Positions 39,740-50,587 are shown, counted from the stretch's first letter. The stretch is DNA of 64,000 nt from Phycisphaerae bacterium (GCA_963666835.2 CAXXGO010000003.1:384001-448000); one strand, 5' to 3'. Numbers and translations: made by a program. The notes: generated from the sequence alone by a model not told the origin.

Positions 39740-42700
39740 TCAGTCCACGACGTGGAAATCGGTGTTCGAGAAGTTCTCCAAGTCCGCCAACGTTGTGATA
39801 CTCGTGAGGTTCGCCATGATCTGGTCGGTGTTTCCGTCGATATTCACGTCGGTACCCAGCGTCGTCGTGAAGTACATCCGCGCGTAACCCTGCGTAGAGT
39901 CGAAGTAGATCACGACCGCGTCATTGGCGGAGGTCGAGCCCGCGACAACCGCGTCCTCGGCCGCACCCGCCGTAGCGTACGACGCACTCGTAACCACCAC
40001 TACCTGGTACGTCGTCGCCCCGAGTGTGGCAGGAGCACCTTCGTAGTAGTTTGTGCTGGTAACCGCACCCCCACCACCCCAGGCCGTGCCGAAGTAGTTG
40101 CTCTTGTCGAACTGTAAGTAGTCCGTGCCCGGAGTGAAGTCAGTAATCGTGTTCGTGCCCGCGGCGTATTGGGCGTTGTCCGTAAAATCCAGGAAGTGGA
40201 AGAAGTCCTGGCCAGGACCGCCTGTAAGGATGTCGTTGCCCCGACCACCGCATACCACGTCCTGACCGTCGCCGCCGTTGATGGTGTCCGCATTCCCGGA
40301 GCCTATCAGGGTGTCGTCACCGCTTCCGCCAACGATGCTTCCGCTGCCGCTCGCCACCATCGGAGCGGTCAGAGTCATCCTCAGGTCATGTGCGAAACCC
40401 GAGGCATCGATTCTGTCGGCCGTAACCGCACCCGTTATCGTGAGTGCCTCCGTACCGGTAACGACGACAGTCTCGAACGCGGCCGTGTTCGTCATGGTCA
40501 GCGCGCCGCCGATCACATTGACGCCCCCGCCGTCAGCCGCCGCACCCGAGACGTTCACGTCGGAGACCAGATTGAGGTTCTCGACACCCGTCATCGTGAT
40601 GGCCGCCGCCCCAAAGTCGTGGTCGGCCAAGACAAGCGTCATCGTGTCCGCGATTCCGCTGCCCGGGATGATGAACGACCGGGCGTTGGCGGTACTGTCC
40701 ATGCCGTCCTCGCAGACGACGGTCGTGCCGCTTGGTACCGTCAGACTAGTATTGTTGCCGAAACCGTTCTCTACCGTGAACGTGCCGATGTCACCCCACC
40801 AAGACGTATTGATCCACCCGGATAAGGGGTCTGTTATTCGCAACGCCTCGATACTCGTGGCGACGTTGGTACCCGGAACGGTTTCCGTGGCATTGTCGGC
40901 ATCGGCGGAAGATAGACGAAGGGTGTCGGTACCCTCGCCACCGTCAACGGTGTCGCGCATGGCGGTCGGCGTAATAAGGAACTCGCCGGGGCTGAACGTG
41001 AACTGGTCATCGCCGGGACCGCCGGTTACGGTCATGATCCCGCTGCCGGTTCCGATCTTCAGATTCCCGGCCGTCATCCCGCTTCCGTCAATTGTCGTTA
41101 CCTGATCCGGGAAGTCTGCGGTGACGGTAAGATCCTGATCACCGGTGACCACCACGGACGCCCAGGTGATACCGGTTGTCATCGGAATGGCGTCGAGGAC
41201 ATTCGGTGAACCCGTGGAGGCAATCGACATTGCCTCGATGCCGTTGGCTGCACCGGTCGTGATGCCCAGCGTCGAACCTGGCCTCGCCCCGGAGAGGGTG
41301 ACGGCCATGGCATCGTCCGGGCCGCTCGTCGCAGCAGCATCGAACATGAGCCACAGGTCCGCCGAAGTCCCCGTCAGGCCGCAATCGACCAACGTCGGCA
41401 AGACGTTGACCATTACGTTCGAGGAGCTGTCGACGCTGTTTATCGTAGTCACCCCGGAGAACTTGTTACCATTAAGCGTGGTTACTGCGGTGCCGGTATC
41501 CGAGATGCTGATCGTCTCGATATCCGTGATGGTCGGCGTTACGGTTTTCACCGCCGCGTGTTCGAACTCGACCTTCAGCACATCGCTACCGTCGCCTCCG
41601 TCAAGCGTATCTTGCGTCTGCAACGTCGCCACAAACGTGCCCGAATCGAACTCGACGAAGGCGTTGAAGATGTCGTCCCCGCAGCCCCCGGTGAACTCAT
41701 CGCGGTTGAGCGTGAGATCGTAGATCTCGGTTACGCAGGTGGTATCGACGCACTCATTGTTGTCGTCGCACTCTTCACCCTCACCGGTGCAATCGGCATC
41801 GGTCAGGCACTCGACGCAACCGCCGGTGTCCTCGTTGCAGAGCAGGCCTTCGCCGCAATTGTCGGTGAAATCACAGAGTCCGTCCTCGCCACACGTATCG
41901 TCAGTGCAAGCAACCCCGTCATCACAGTCCTCATCCCCAAAACAAGAAGGACCTTCCGCAACCCGAAAACCAACCGTGCGAAACTCGTCCGCGGGGTAGT
42001 CGCCGTCGCGGTACGCTGCCTGCATACCGTAGCCGTCGAAGTCGAACGACCCGCCGCGCAGACCACGAGACGAACCGGAGATCATCGCCTCATTCCACTC
42101 CCAGACGTTCCCGCCTTGGTCAAAGGTGCCGTACGGGCTATCTGACGGTTCGGCGTCGTACGCCCCAACCTCAGTCCGGAAGTACGGGCTGCCTATCGCA
42201 TAACCGGTATCGAAGTCATAGTAGTTCGCTGAGCCGTTCGCCTGGTCTGTGCCCGGAGGAACCTCCGACGTCGGCGTCATGTCCGGCCCCGTCGGATAAT
42301 TCCAGTAGTTGCTTGTGGGCCCGTCATTCTTGTGGTACGCCGCCTTGTACCACTCGTCCTCTGACGGAATCACCCATGTGGCCCCCGGTTCGCGCGTTAC
42401 TGTCATCAGATCAGCGTCAATCGTCGCCCCATCGAGGAAGTATGACCCATCCTCCGTCGTAGTCAGATCCTGATCTCCAACCGGCTGGCCATTGTGCATC
42501 CAGTTGCAGAACCGGGCGGCATCGCCCCAGGAAACGAAGTTCACTGGACGGTTGGCCCATTCGCTAACCACCGAGTAGTTGTAGCCCCCCGGCTTTGGCA
42601 ACGATCGGCGGATCTTGCAGCCGAAGCTGCTCGACCACATGTCCGGGTTATACAGATCGTAGGTGTCCGTCGCCGCTACGGCGTTAAGGAACTCCGTGTA

Positions 42701-43066
42701 CTGCCCAGCGGTCACCTCGAACTTGCCGATGCTGTAGACGTAGGCCACTGCGCCATAAACATGGTCTGGGCTCCAATCGCCGGGGTTTCCGGGATTGCCG
42801 ACGGTAACGGTGTCAATCACGACGGGAGGCGCCAACGGGCCGGTGAACCCCTCCAGAAAGAGGGCGTAATCCTCTACGTCAGTGTCGCAGTCCTTATCGA
42901 TGTCGCCCAGGGGACGTCCCTCCGCATCCACCGCGGTGCCCGCGGGTGTCTTGTCGCAGAGGTCCAAGGCGTCCTCCACACCGTCGCCATCAACATCGCT
43001 GGCCCATGCCCCCGATACGCAGAACACCGCCGACAACAACGCTGGAACGAAACCGTGATGCGACAT
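39740..43066 (-). CDS. Secreted FGE-sulfatase (SUMF1)-fold protein fused to an S-layer/RTX-like region
   Basis: Signal peptide; VTVGNPGN, GKFEVT, IPSEDEWYKAAY, DQGGNVWEW and RGGS..GFRV motifs; GGxGxDxL repeats; NTITDFTPGTDYL. Confidence 0.85.
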   Translation of the reverse strand: MSHHGFVPALLSAVFCVSGAWASDVDGDGVEDALDLCDKTPAGTAVDAEGRPLGDIDKDCDTDVEDYALFLEGFTGPLAPPVVIDTVTVGNPGNPGDWSPDHVYGAVAYVYSIGKFEVTAGQYTEFLNAVAATDTYDLYNPDMWSSSFGCKIRRSLPKPGGYNYSVVSEWANRPVNFVSWGDAARFCNWMHNGQPVGDQDLTTTEDGSYFLDGATIDADLMTVTREPGATWVIPSEDEWYKAAYHKNDGPTSNYWNYPTGPDMTPTSEVPPGTDQANGSANYYDFDTGYAIGSPYFRTEVGAYDAEPSDSPYGTFDQGGNVWEWNEAMISGSSRGLRGGSFDFDGYGMQAAYRDGDYPADEFRTVGFRVAEGPSCFGDEDCDDGVACTDDTCGEDGLCDFTDNCGEGLLCNEDTGGCVECLTDADCTGEGEECDDNNECVDTTCVTEIYDLTLNRDEFTGGCGDDIFNAFVEFDSGTFVATLQTQDTLDGGDGSDVLKVEFEHAAVKTVTPTITDIETISISDTGTAVTTLNGNKFSGVTTINSVDSSSNVMVNVLPTLVDCGLTGTSADLWLMFDAAATSGPDDAMAVTLSGARPGSTLGITTGAANGIEAMSIASTGSPNVLDAIPMTTGITWASVVVTGDQDLTVTADFPDQVTTIDGSGMTAGNLKIGTGSGIMTVTGGPGDDQFTFSPGEFLITPTAMRDTVDGGEGTDTLRLSSADADNATETVPGTNVATSIEALRITDPLSGWINTSWWGDIGTFTVENGFGNNTSLTVPSGTTVVCEDGMDSTANARSFIIPGSGIADTMTLVLADHDFGAAAITMTGVENLNLVSDVNVSGAAADGGGVNVIGGALTMTNTAAFETVVVTGTEALTITGAVTADRIDASGFAHDLRMTLTAPMVASGSGSIVGGSGDDTLIGSGNADTINGGDGQDVVCGGRGNDILTGGPGQDFFHFLDFTDNAQYAAGTNTITDFTPGTDYLQFDKSNYFGTAWGGGGAVTSTNYYEGAPATLGATTYQVVVVTSASYATAGAAEDAVVAGSTSANDAVVIYFDSTQGYARMYFTTTLGTDVNIDGNTDQIMANLTSITTLADLENFSNTDFHVVD

Positions 43067-43079
43067 CGCCATCCCTCCG

Positions 43080-43200
43080 AAAGACAAGACCCGCACAGCC
43101 GGTGAGGCGGCAGAGCCCCGACGGAGGCTGCGCGATAGGTGAAACCCCAGGATACCGAACGCGTCTGGAGAACTCAACCGCCGCAAAGTACTACTGAACC
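43080..43200 (-). promoter_or_regulatory. Conserved leader repeat of an FGE-fold gene
   Basis: TTCAGTAGTACTTTGC is identical to 62248-62263; the motif is 121 nt from the start codon. Confidence 0.7.
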
Positions 43201-43517
43201 CGGCTGAGGGATTCGATCGGCCGACCTACTCGCAGCCTGGGTTGCCTCACGTATCGAGGCCAACGCCAGATTCGGGCTGAACGCGCCATCTGGCACGACT
43301 GACGGTCGAGTTGGAATAGACTCGCGGATCATCGTCCCAACCGTCCCGTGCGTCCCGAATCCCGCACGAGTATCCCGCCAAGCCGCACCGGCCGGGACGG
43401 AACAACATGCGGCGGGACGGACCCGCGGGAAGCCAAGCACCCCCGCCCCCGTGTTCTTCCCCAACAAGAGCGGACGGGTGTGCCAACGGAAGAGGTACGC
43501 CCGCCTGCGCGCTGCCG

Positions 43518-43654
43518 GAATCCCCGGCCGTGTTGTACGTTGCGCTGCCTACCTCACAGAACGTCGCCCCGTGCCCCGCACCAGGCCCGTCAGATTGGTC
43601 GTTCTGCGGCTCTCTCGACGCGGCGGGCCATCCATACCTGTCAGGCCGCCATAC
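43518..43654 (+). repeat. Degenerate orphan plus-strand copy of the leader repeat
   Basis: gaatccc..gccg..tgttgtacgttgcg ... gttctgcggc...gcgggccatccatac...gccgccatac; the tail is shared with 26143-26178. Confidence 0.6.
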
Positions 43655-43845
43655 CAGGCTGTGACGTGCGTGACGGTGGGTTCAGGCTCTTAGGGCGTCT
43701 CAGAACAGGCGAAGCCGCTAGTCGCCCAACGACGTTCGCTCCAATCGGCAACCGCGGCGAGCTGACGTTGGACGCCGGAAACCCCGGTGTCCCGGAGTTC
43801 CCGGCGCCAATGAGATTGCCCGGCCGGGCAGCGCCCTTTCAAGCC

Positions 43846-46800
43846 CTACGGGCAGTCCGCCGGGGCGGGGAACGGGTACGGCTCGCCCTTGAACCCGGCC
43901 ACGGCTTGCTGGACGTCCGTCATGTTGACGATTGCGTTAGGCGTCTGGCCGTCGAGATCGCACCACGTCAACGGCGGTGCACTCGAGGTAGACGAGAAAC
44001 ACTGAAGCACGGCCATAATGTCGCTCATATTGACGGTCCCCTGCGGCTCGGTCCACGCGGCCCCGCCGAAGTCGCCCACCACGTCGGCCCAGTACTTCAC
44101 GCCCGGCTGCGGGATCGTGGTCACCGTCAGCGGGTCGGTGAGTATCTCACCATTGCAGGTTGCGCTGACCTCATACGTTGCGGCCGGCACCACGTGGCAA
44201 TCGCCGACGTGCACCGTCGCCGGCCAGGCGGAGCTGTAGTACGCCTCCGCAGCCAACCGGCAGATGTCGTCCGCATCCGGCTCGCCGACCCAGCCGTCGA
44301 AACCAACCGAACCGGGGAAGTAGTCACTGGCCGTCAGCTCCACGTGGAACGCCACGGGCTCGCCCGCGTTGTTCGGTTGGAAGGACAGATACCGGTTCTT
44401 CGGAGTCGCCACGGCCTCTGCGGCCGGCGATTCGATGGTCATAACGGGGATCAGGGCGCCGCCTCCGGCCGAGTCGATCACGGTCACTCCGCTGTCCGGG
44501 GCGTACGGGTCTTCAGGCGTCACCGTCACGTAGTAGACGTGGGAGCCGGCCAGGTCCAGGGTCGTGCCTTCATCGAGGACCAACTGTTCAACGTACACGG
44601 CCTCGGCCCCGGCGCCGGCGGCGTTGTCGTGGTCGTCAACAAGCTGGACAGTCGTGGCTGTGGGGCCGATGCGGATCCCGCCGAACGAGAAGAGAGACGG
44701 ATCGGGCAGGACCACGCAAGCGCCCACGTCCTCCGCAAGCACCTCGATTAACTGCGGATCATCCTCCGGCAGACCGACGAGCTGCAACGTGCCTGCTGTA
44801 ATGTTGAGCCGGGCCGGGTCGTTGATAGCAACGTCGAAGTCGCCCACCAGCTTCAGCGTTCCGTTGGCGACCTGCAGCGATCCCGGGGCGGCGGCCTGAT
44901 AGTCACCCAGAACGGTAAGGCCGTCGTTCCCGCTGCGGCCGAAGAAATCACCCACAATGGTCCCCGAGCCGGTCAGCGAGCCGAGAATCGTCAGGAGCCC
45001 GCTCTGGATCGTCACGAGGCCGTTGTTGACCAGATCGCCGACGATCTCCGTATCCGCCACGAAGGTCATCTCGCCGCCGTTCGTCGCGTCGGAGTCCACC
45101 GTGCCGAAACCGTAGATCAGCGCGGACGGGTCGTTGGTCAGGCTGGGGGCCCCGAGGGAGCCTCCCAGGATCGTGACGGTCCCGCCGGCCAGGTTCGTCA
45201 GCGCGGCGTCGAACAGCACACCGGCCTGCGTGTTGATCTCCAGCTGACCGCCTTGCGTCACCTCCGTTGATGCAACGTATACCAACGAACCGAACGGCGC
45301 ACCTACAAGCCCGGATGCCTGGTTTTGGAAAATGCTCCCGGAGAACAGCAGCATTCCCCCGGCCGCGCCGCTGATCTCGCCCTGGTTGACGAAGTCGGCC
45401 GACACCTCGCCGGATCCCGAGACGCTGCCACCCGCGTTGATTACGACCCCGCCTTCGAGCACCGTGCCCTGCAACTCGATTTCACCGCCGGCGGATATGG
45501 TGGTCGTGTTGTGCACCACGAGTTCCGCGAAGTTCTCAATCCGAAGGAACTGCCGGCCGGCGCTCGTAGCCCCGATCGCCAGGGTGCAGATCTCCCGCGA
45601 GCCGGATCCGCTCAGAATGCTCCGGTTGTCTACCTCCGTAACGTTCGACAGCACCGCATCGCCGCCAACCCCGGGCACCCCGGCCGGGTCCCAGTTCGCC
45701 AGTTCCTCAAACGACCCGTCTCCTGGCCCGACCCACCCGAAGGAGCCGTACCCGGCCTCGCACTCGTCGGGGACACCGCCGCTGTCGCAATCCGGACTCG
45801 TGCCCGCTGCGATGTCGCATTCGTCCGGGACGAGGTTCGCGTTGCAGTCCAAGCTCGTGCCCTCGCCGATGTCGCAGATGTCGCGGACCGCGTTCGTGTT
45901 GCAGTCTTCATCCGGCTGACACTCATCCGGCACATAGTCGAAGTTGCAGTCGTCGCTCGTACCGTCGGCGATGTCGCAGCCGTCCATTACGGAATTTCCG
46001 TTGCAGTCTTCGTCGGCCGGGTAAACGTGCGCGATCAGGATGTCGCCGTCGCTGCCGAGCCTTTCTTCGAAGTCTTCGTGTGAAGACCACACGGCAATCC
46101 AGCGCCCGTCTCGGTCGCTGGCCACGTGCGAGTCCTCGTCCGTCCCTTCATCCCCAAAGGCGTTGCTGTTCAGGACTTGCGACGCACTCCAAGTCTCGCC
46201 GTTATCAAGACTGTACGAGACAAGAATCTCGGTATCCTCGCCGGTCGTATCCCTCAAATCGTAACTGCCCCACACCGCAATCCACGCTCCATGCTCATTT
46301 GTGGTGAGGGACGGATCGCTATCGCCATAGCTCTGGGAGGAACCCGCGTTGCTGTTGAGTGCTGCCGGTGCTGTCCACGTATTTCCGTCATCGGAGCTTC
46401 GGGCAAACAGGATGTCACGGTCGCTGCCAATCGTCCCGTCGAGATCGTCGTTTGAGTCCCACACCGCGACCCAGTGCCCCACGCCGTCGGCAATCAACAC
46501 TACGTTCGAGTCGGTGCCAGTATCGGTTGCTGCGTTTGTGTTTAGGGGTGCCGGGGTCGACCATGACGCGCCGTTATCCGAGCTTTGTGCCACCAAGATG
46601 TCCTGGTCTGTCCCGAGCGGGTCGCCGGACAAGTTTCTGGACTGCCACGCCACTATCCAGCGTCCCGAACTATCTGTGGCGACGTGTGGATACGCGTCTT
46701 CCCGGTTGTCCGTGCCAGCCCCAACGTCCAACGGAAGTGCCGCCGACCACGTCTGCCCATCATCTGCACTACGCGAGAGGAGAATGTCCTGATCACTACC

Positions 46801-48300
46801 AATAGTCCCTCCAAGGTCATCCTCCGAAAACCACGTGGCCAACCAAGTTCCCTGCCCATCTGCTGCGAGTTGGACATCGTAGTCTCCAGAGTCGTCGCCG
46901 ACCGCATTGCTGTTCAACGCCACCGGGTGACTCCAAGTCGCTCCGTTGTCAGAGCTGCGAGTGAACAGAATATCCCAATCGGAATCGATCATCCCGCCCA
47001 GGCTATTGGCGGAACGCCACGCAACTACCCAGTTGCCCAGGCCATCGGTGGAAACCGTGGGCTGCTTATCGCTAGCATCGTCCGTCATTGCAGTCGCGTG
47101 GACCGGTACGGGTGCTGACCAGGTCATCCCATCGTCAGTGCTTCGAGAGAACAGGATGTCCCAGTCATCGCCAACGGTCCAGTCAAGCCGATCATTGGAC
47201 TCCCATACCACTATCCACGTGCCCTGGCCGTCGGCCGCAATCTGGGAATGGTCATCCTCGCCGGTGTCATCCACGGCATTCGTATTCAGCGGCTCCGGGT
47301 AGCTGATTACGGGGCACCAGGTCCTCGGCAAAGCCTCCGGGACATTGGCGACACGAAAGCCGTTGTTGTAATGCTCAAATGTCGGGTCACCGGACTTGCG
47401 GTGCGCCGCGAGCATGTAGCGATCGTAGCCGTGAAACGCCCCACCGCGGAAACCACGGCGCGTCCCGAAGAGTATGGCTTCGTTCCACTCATAGACATTG
47501 CCGCCCTGGTCGAACGTACCATACGGGCTTTCCGAGTTTTCGAAGTCGCCGGACTCGCTGCGGTAGTAAGGCGGGCCTAAGGCATAGACTAGGCCGAGCG
47601 TAGCGAAGTTCGCATTGTTGCCCGGATCGGGATCGACCAGTTCGTTGCTCGGCACATCATCCGTGCCCGTAGGGTAGTTGTAGTACGCGCCACTGCCACC
47701 ATCGTAGTACGCTGCTTTGTACCATTCGTCCTCGGTCGGGATTACGAAGTGCGCATCCGGTTCGCGCACGACGGCCAACAACTCCACGTCCATCGTCTCG
47801 CCGTTGACGTAATACGATCCGTCCTCTGTGGTACTCAGATCCTGAGGACCTGTCGGTTGCCCGTTCTGGAGCCAGTTGCAGAACCGGGCCGCGTCGCCCC
47901 ATGAGACATAGTTGACCGGCCGGTCGGCCCAGTCGGGAGCGATAGTGTAGCTATAGCTGCCAGGCGAGCCGCTACGTTGGATATTGCACCCCCACACTTC
48001 CTCGGTGGACGGATCAGCCATGTCCTCGTGGTACAGCCCATACGTGTCCGTTGCCGCCACCGCGTTGAGAAACTCGCAGTACTGCCCGGCCGTAACCTCG
48101 AACTTGCCGATGTCGAAGACGTAGTCTACCGATCCACAGACGCGGTCCGGGCCGTATCCGTCCGGCACACTCTCCCCCGATTCTTCGCCGAAGTTCCCCG
48201 GATTGCCCACGGTCACCGTCTCGATGACCACCTCGGCCCGACCGACTGACGCGCAGACCACGACCAGCAACAACACGGAAAGCACACGAGGACTCGACAT
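43846..48300 (-). CDS. Secreted FGE-fold protein with BNR/Asp-box (sialidase-like) repeats and the conserved C-terminal domain
   Basis: FGE motifs; six (S/Y)xDxGxTW-type Asp boxes; DCN repeats; PKNRYLSF..YPFPAPADCP tail. Confidence 0.85.
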   Translation of the reverse strand: MSSPRVLSVLLLVVVCASVGRAEVVIETVTVGNPGNFGEESGESVPDGYGPDRVCGSVDYVFDIGKFEVTAGQYCEFLNAVAATDTYGLYHEDMADPSTEEVWGCNIQRSGSPGSYSYTIAPDWADRPVNYVSWGDAARFCNWLQNGQPTGPQDLSTTEDGSYYVNGETMDVELLAVVREPDAHFVIPTEDEWYKAAYYDGGSGAYYNYPTGTDDVPSNELVDPDPGNNANFATLGLVYALGPPYYRSESGDFENSESPYGTFDQGGNVYEWNEAILFGTRRGFRGGAFHGYDRYMLAAHRKSGDPTFEHYNNGFRVANVPEALPRTWCPVISYPEPLNTNAVDDTGEDDHSQIAADGQGTWIVVWESNDRLDWTVGDDWDILFSRSTDDGMTWSAPVPVHATAMTDDASDKQPTVSTDGLGNWVVAWRSANSLGGMIDSDWDILFTRSSDNGATWSHPVALNSNAVGDDSGDYDVQLAADGQGTWLATWFSEDDLGGTIGSDQDILLSRSADDGQTWSAALPLDVGAGTDNREDAYPHVATDSSGRWIVAWQSRNLSGDPLGTDQDILVAQSSDNGASWSTPAPLNTNAATDTGTDSNVVLIADGVGHWVAVWDSNDDLDGTIGSDRDILFARSSDDGNTWTAPAALNSNAGSSQSYGDSDPSLTTNEHGAWIAVWGSYDLRDTTGEDTEILVSYSLDNGETWSASQVLNSNAFGDEGTDEDSHVASDRDGRWIAVWSSHEDFEERLGSDGDILIAHVYPADEDCNGNSVMDGCDIADGTSDDCNFDYVPDECQPDEDCNTNAVRDICDIGEGTSLDCNANLVPDECDIAAGTSPDCDSGGVPDECEAGYGSFGWVGPGDGSFEELANWDPAGVPGVGGDAVLSNVTEVDNRSILSGSGSREICTLAIGATSAGRQFLRIENFAELVVHNTTTISAGGEIELQGTVLEGGVVINAGGSVSGSGEVSADFVNQGEISGAAGGMLLFSGSIFQNQASGLVGAPFGSLVYVASTEVTQGGQLEINTQAGVLFDAALTNLAGGTVTILGGSLGAPSLTNDPSALIYGFGTVDSDATNGGEMTFVADTEIVGDLVNNGLVTIQSGLLTILGSLTGSGTIVGDFFGRSGNDGLTVLGDYQAAAPGSLQVANGTLKLVGDFDVAINDPARLNITAGTLQLVGLPEDDPQLIEVLAEDVGACVVLPDPSLFSFGGIRIGPTATTVQLVDDHDNAAGAGAEAVYVEQLVLDEGTTLDLAGSHVYYVTVTPEDPYAPDSGVTVIDSAGGGALIPVMTIESPAAEAVATPKNRYLSFQPNNAGEPVAFHVELTASDYFPGSVGFDGWVGEPDADDICRLAAEAYYSSAWPATVHVGDCHVVPAATYEVSATCNGEILTDPLTVTTIPQPGVKYWADVVGDFGGAAWTEPQGTVNMSDIMAVLQCFSSTSSAPPLTWCDLDGQTPNAIVNMTDVQQAVAGFKGEPYPFPAPADCP

Positions 48301-48307
48301 ACCTTAA

Positions 48308-48432
48308 CCTCCGGAAGATGAGACCCGCGCATCCGCCAGGGCGGCATAGTTCCGACCCGGCCGGCGCGATGACCAAACCCTGATAATACGGAACCCCGGC
48401 CGAACATACCAAGCGAAAACAGTACTACTTCA
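48308..48432 (-). promoter_or_regulatory. Conserved leader repeat of an FGE-fold gene
   Basis: AGTAGTACT 121 nt from the ATG, then atcgcgc..tgccgcc..gcgggtc..ggagg as in the other copies. Confidence 0.65.
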
Positions 48433-48705
48433 GCGGGATTGTGGCCTGGGGTCATCGACCCGGAAGGCCCCCTACGGACCGGTCGGCCCATGATGGACTC
48501 CGCCCGGCCGGCGTGCGGTAATCTCAATAACCGTGCCGATCGCTCTGGTCCCACCCCGAATAACGAGGTGGATATCTCCCGACCTCAGCTCAGTACCAAG
48601 AGAACACCCCCAGAACTCGGGACTGAGCCCGGAGGGCGCACACTATTCCGAGGCGCGCCCCGAAACCAGTCGACTTCGGTGACCCCTGCCCCTAGGATGC
48701 TCCCC

Positions 48706-49549
48706 ATGACGGCAGTGTCCAACGATACCGCGACCCAGGAACCCCGCTGCCCGAATTGCGGCTACTCCCTGGTCGGGTTGCCGGAGTTTCGTTGCCCCGA
48801 GTGCGGCGCGCCTTTCGACGCGGAGTATCTTCAGGACGCCGCCCCACCTGCTCCCCTGGGAGCGGCCCGAGGTCGGCGGAAGACTCAGACGGATGACTCG
48901 GACAGTAATCAACGCATCACTCCACCCTGGCCGGTTCTTCACGGCCGTCAGCCAACGCAAGGATCGCCGGATATCCGGCGCGGGTTCGTTCGTCGTTGCG
49001 TGCTTCCTCGCAGCCGTGTGCCTTCATGTCGCGGCGTTCGTTTTGAGGTATTTCGTCATCTTCCTCGAATCGGCATTCAGATTCGGCGATCCGCTGAGGG
49101 CCTTGGACTTGGTTGCAGCAACGATCGGGACAGTCGCCCCAACGGCGTGGTTCATGCCGTCTCTTCTGACCCTGCCGCTGCTCCTGTCCGTCTTCCCCAT
49201 CGCGTTTCTCCTCACGCGCCTGTTTCGGAGTCATTCCGGCGCACTTCGGACCACGGACTTCGCCGCGCTTCTGAGCCCGGCCATCACGCTTGGGGCGTTC
49301 ATCGCCGCCGTCACCGACGTCCTCCAGACGCCTCTCCAACATGCCTCCACGGTCCTCTCCACGCTGAAGGCCTACGGCGGGGACGCGGCCCTGCTCTTGC
49401 TTGTCTGGCATCTGTGCCGGAAGCTGCTGGCCCTGAGTCGCGTGCGGACCGGGGCGATGGTCGTGGTGTGCTGGGTCCTACTACATGGCGTCTACGTTGC
49501 CGTTGACTCGGTCCTCACGTCGCTGTTGTGGTCGATGATCTTCCCGTGA
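48706..49549 (+). CDS. Membrane protein with N-terminal zinc ribbon, frameshift near 48840
   Basis: CPNCGYSLVGLPEFRCPECG, then in the other frame LPWE..HPGRFF and several TM helices. Confidence 0.7.
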
Positions 49550-49601
49550 CTCTCAAGGTGGTCAAGTGCTGTGCCTGATAGCCCGCAGAACGCCGCAGTA
49601 G

Positions 49602-50096
49602 TCACCCGCCCTCATCCTCCGGAGGCTGGGGTATCGCGCTGCTGGCGGCCGTTTGCCGGGGCACGGGCGTCCCACACTCCGAACATCGGCCCGAGACGTT
49701 CCCCGTCAAGTCATACCCGCACTTCGCACAATAGCCCGGCGGAATCCGGCGGTCGCGACGCCAGGCCAGGAATGTCGGGACTCCGATCACGACCAGGGGG
49801 ATCCAGAGAGGGACCTCAAAAATCAACCATACAGGATAACCGCCCTGGCTCTCGGGCAATAAGAAAACCGTCGGCCTATCTCTCCTGCGGCACTCCCAGC
49901 CTCGCGGGACCGAAGGGTGGAATCCACCTGAGTCGTATTCGAAGCCGGCAACCCCCGCGCCAAGGCCGCCCCCGCAATTCTGACCGGTGTAGCGACAGTA
50001 CCACCATGGGGTTATGACCATGGCCAGAAACAGGACCACGCACGCCACCAGCCCCGCCCACTTCAGGAACCGCCGTTTCCGAGAGATGGTCCGCAT
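49602..50096 (-). CDS. Membrane protein with C-terminal zinc ribbon (array 2, last gene)
   Basis: RRFLKWAGL TM; VPLWIPL; RRIPPGYCAKCGYDLTGNVSGRCSECG. Confidence 0.8.
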   Translation of the reverse strand: MRTISRKRRFLKWAGLVACVVLFLAMVITPWWYCRYTGQNCGGGLGAGVAGFEYDSGGFHPSVPRGWECRRRDRPTVFLLPESQGGYPVWLIFEVPLWIPLVVIGVPTFLAWRRDRRIPPGYCAKCGYDLTGNVSGRCSECGTPVPRQTAASSAIPQPPEDEGG

Positions 50097-50101
50097 GGTG
50101 G

Positions 50102-50587
50102 TTATCCGGGAGCCTCATCCTGCTTGGGATCGATCGGGACGCCGCACTCGGGACAGACGCCCGTGATGTTGCCGGTTAAGTCGTAACCGCAGCCGACGCA
50201 GAGGCCACGTTTCAGTCGGTAGCGCCTGATGGTACGAGGTAGTAACGGATAGGCGACAACCGGAAGCAAGACAAGAAGAGATAGATGGAGCGGCACTCTG
50301 ACCCGCCACTGGCTCGGCACTGAAAAGTCGATACTAGGCAGCATTTGCCAGGGCACATATGCCGGGGGGTGGTATGCGTGAAATGCACCGTACCAGGGCA
50401 GAGTGTCCAAAGGCGTTCCTGAAGGAGCCCAGTATGGGTTGCAGCCCAGCATACCATGCTGGAAGTAGACGTAGACGCGGTAACCGGGATCCCACCAGCC
50501 AACGATCCAACGGAAACTCAGCGCTATGGCCACGAGCACAAGGGCCGTCCCGGCGAGCGCCACCCACCATCGCCTGCGAAAGGTCAC
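50102..50587 (-). CDS. Membrane protein with C-terminal zinc ribbon (array 2)
   Basis: GTG overlaps the upstream TGA; KRGLCVGCGYDLTGNITGVCPECGVPIDPK tail. Confidence 0.8.
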   Translation of the reverse strand: MTFRRRWWVALAGTALVLVAIALSFRWIVGWWDPGYRVYVYFQHGMLGCNPYWAPSGTPLDTLPWYGAFHAYHPPAYVPWQMLPSIDFSVPSQWRVRVPLHLSLLVLLPVVAYPLLPRTIRRYRLKRGLCVGCGYDLTGNITGVCPECGVPIDPKQDEAPG

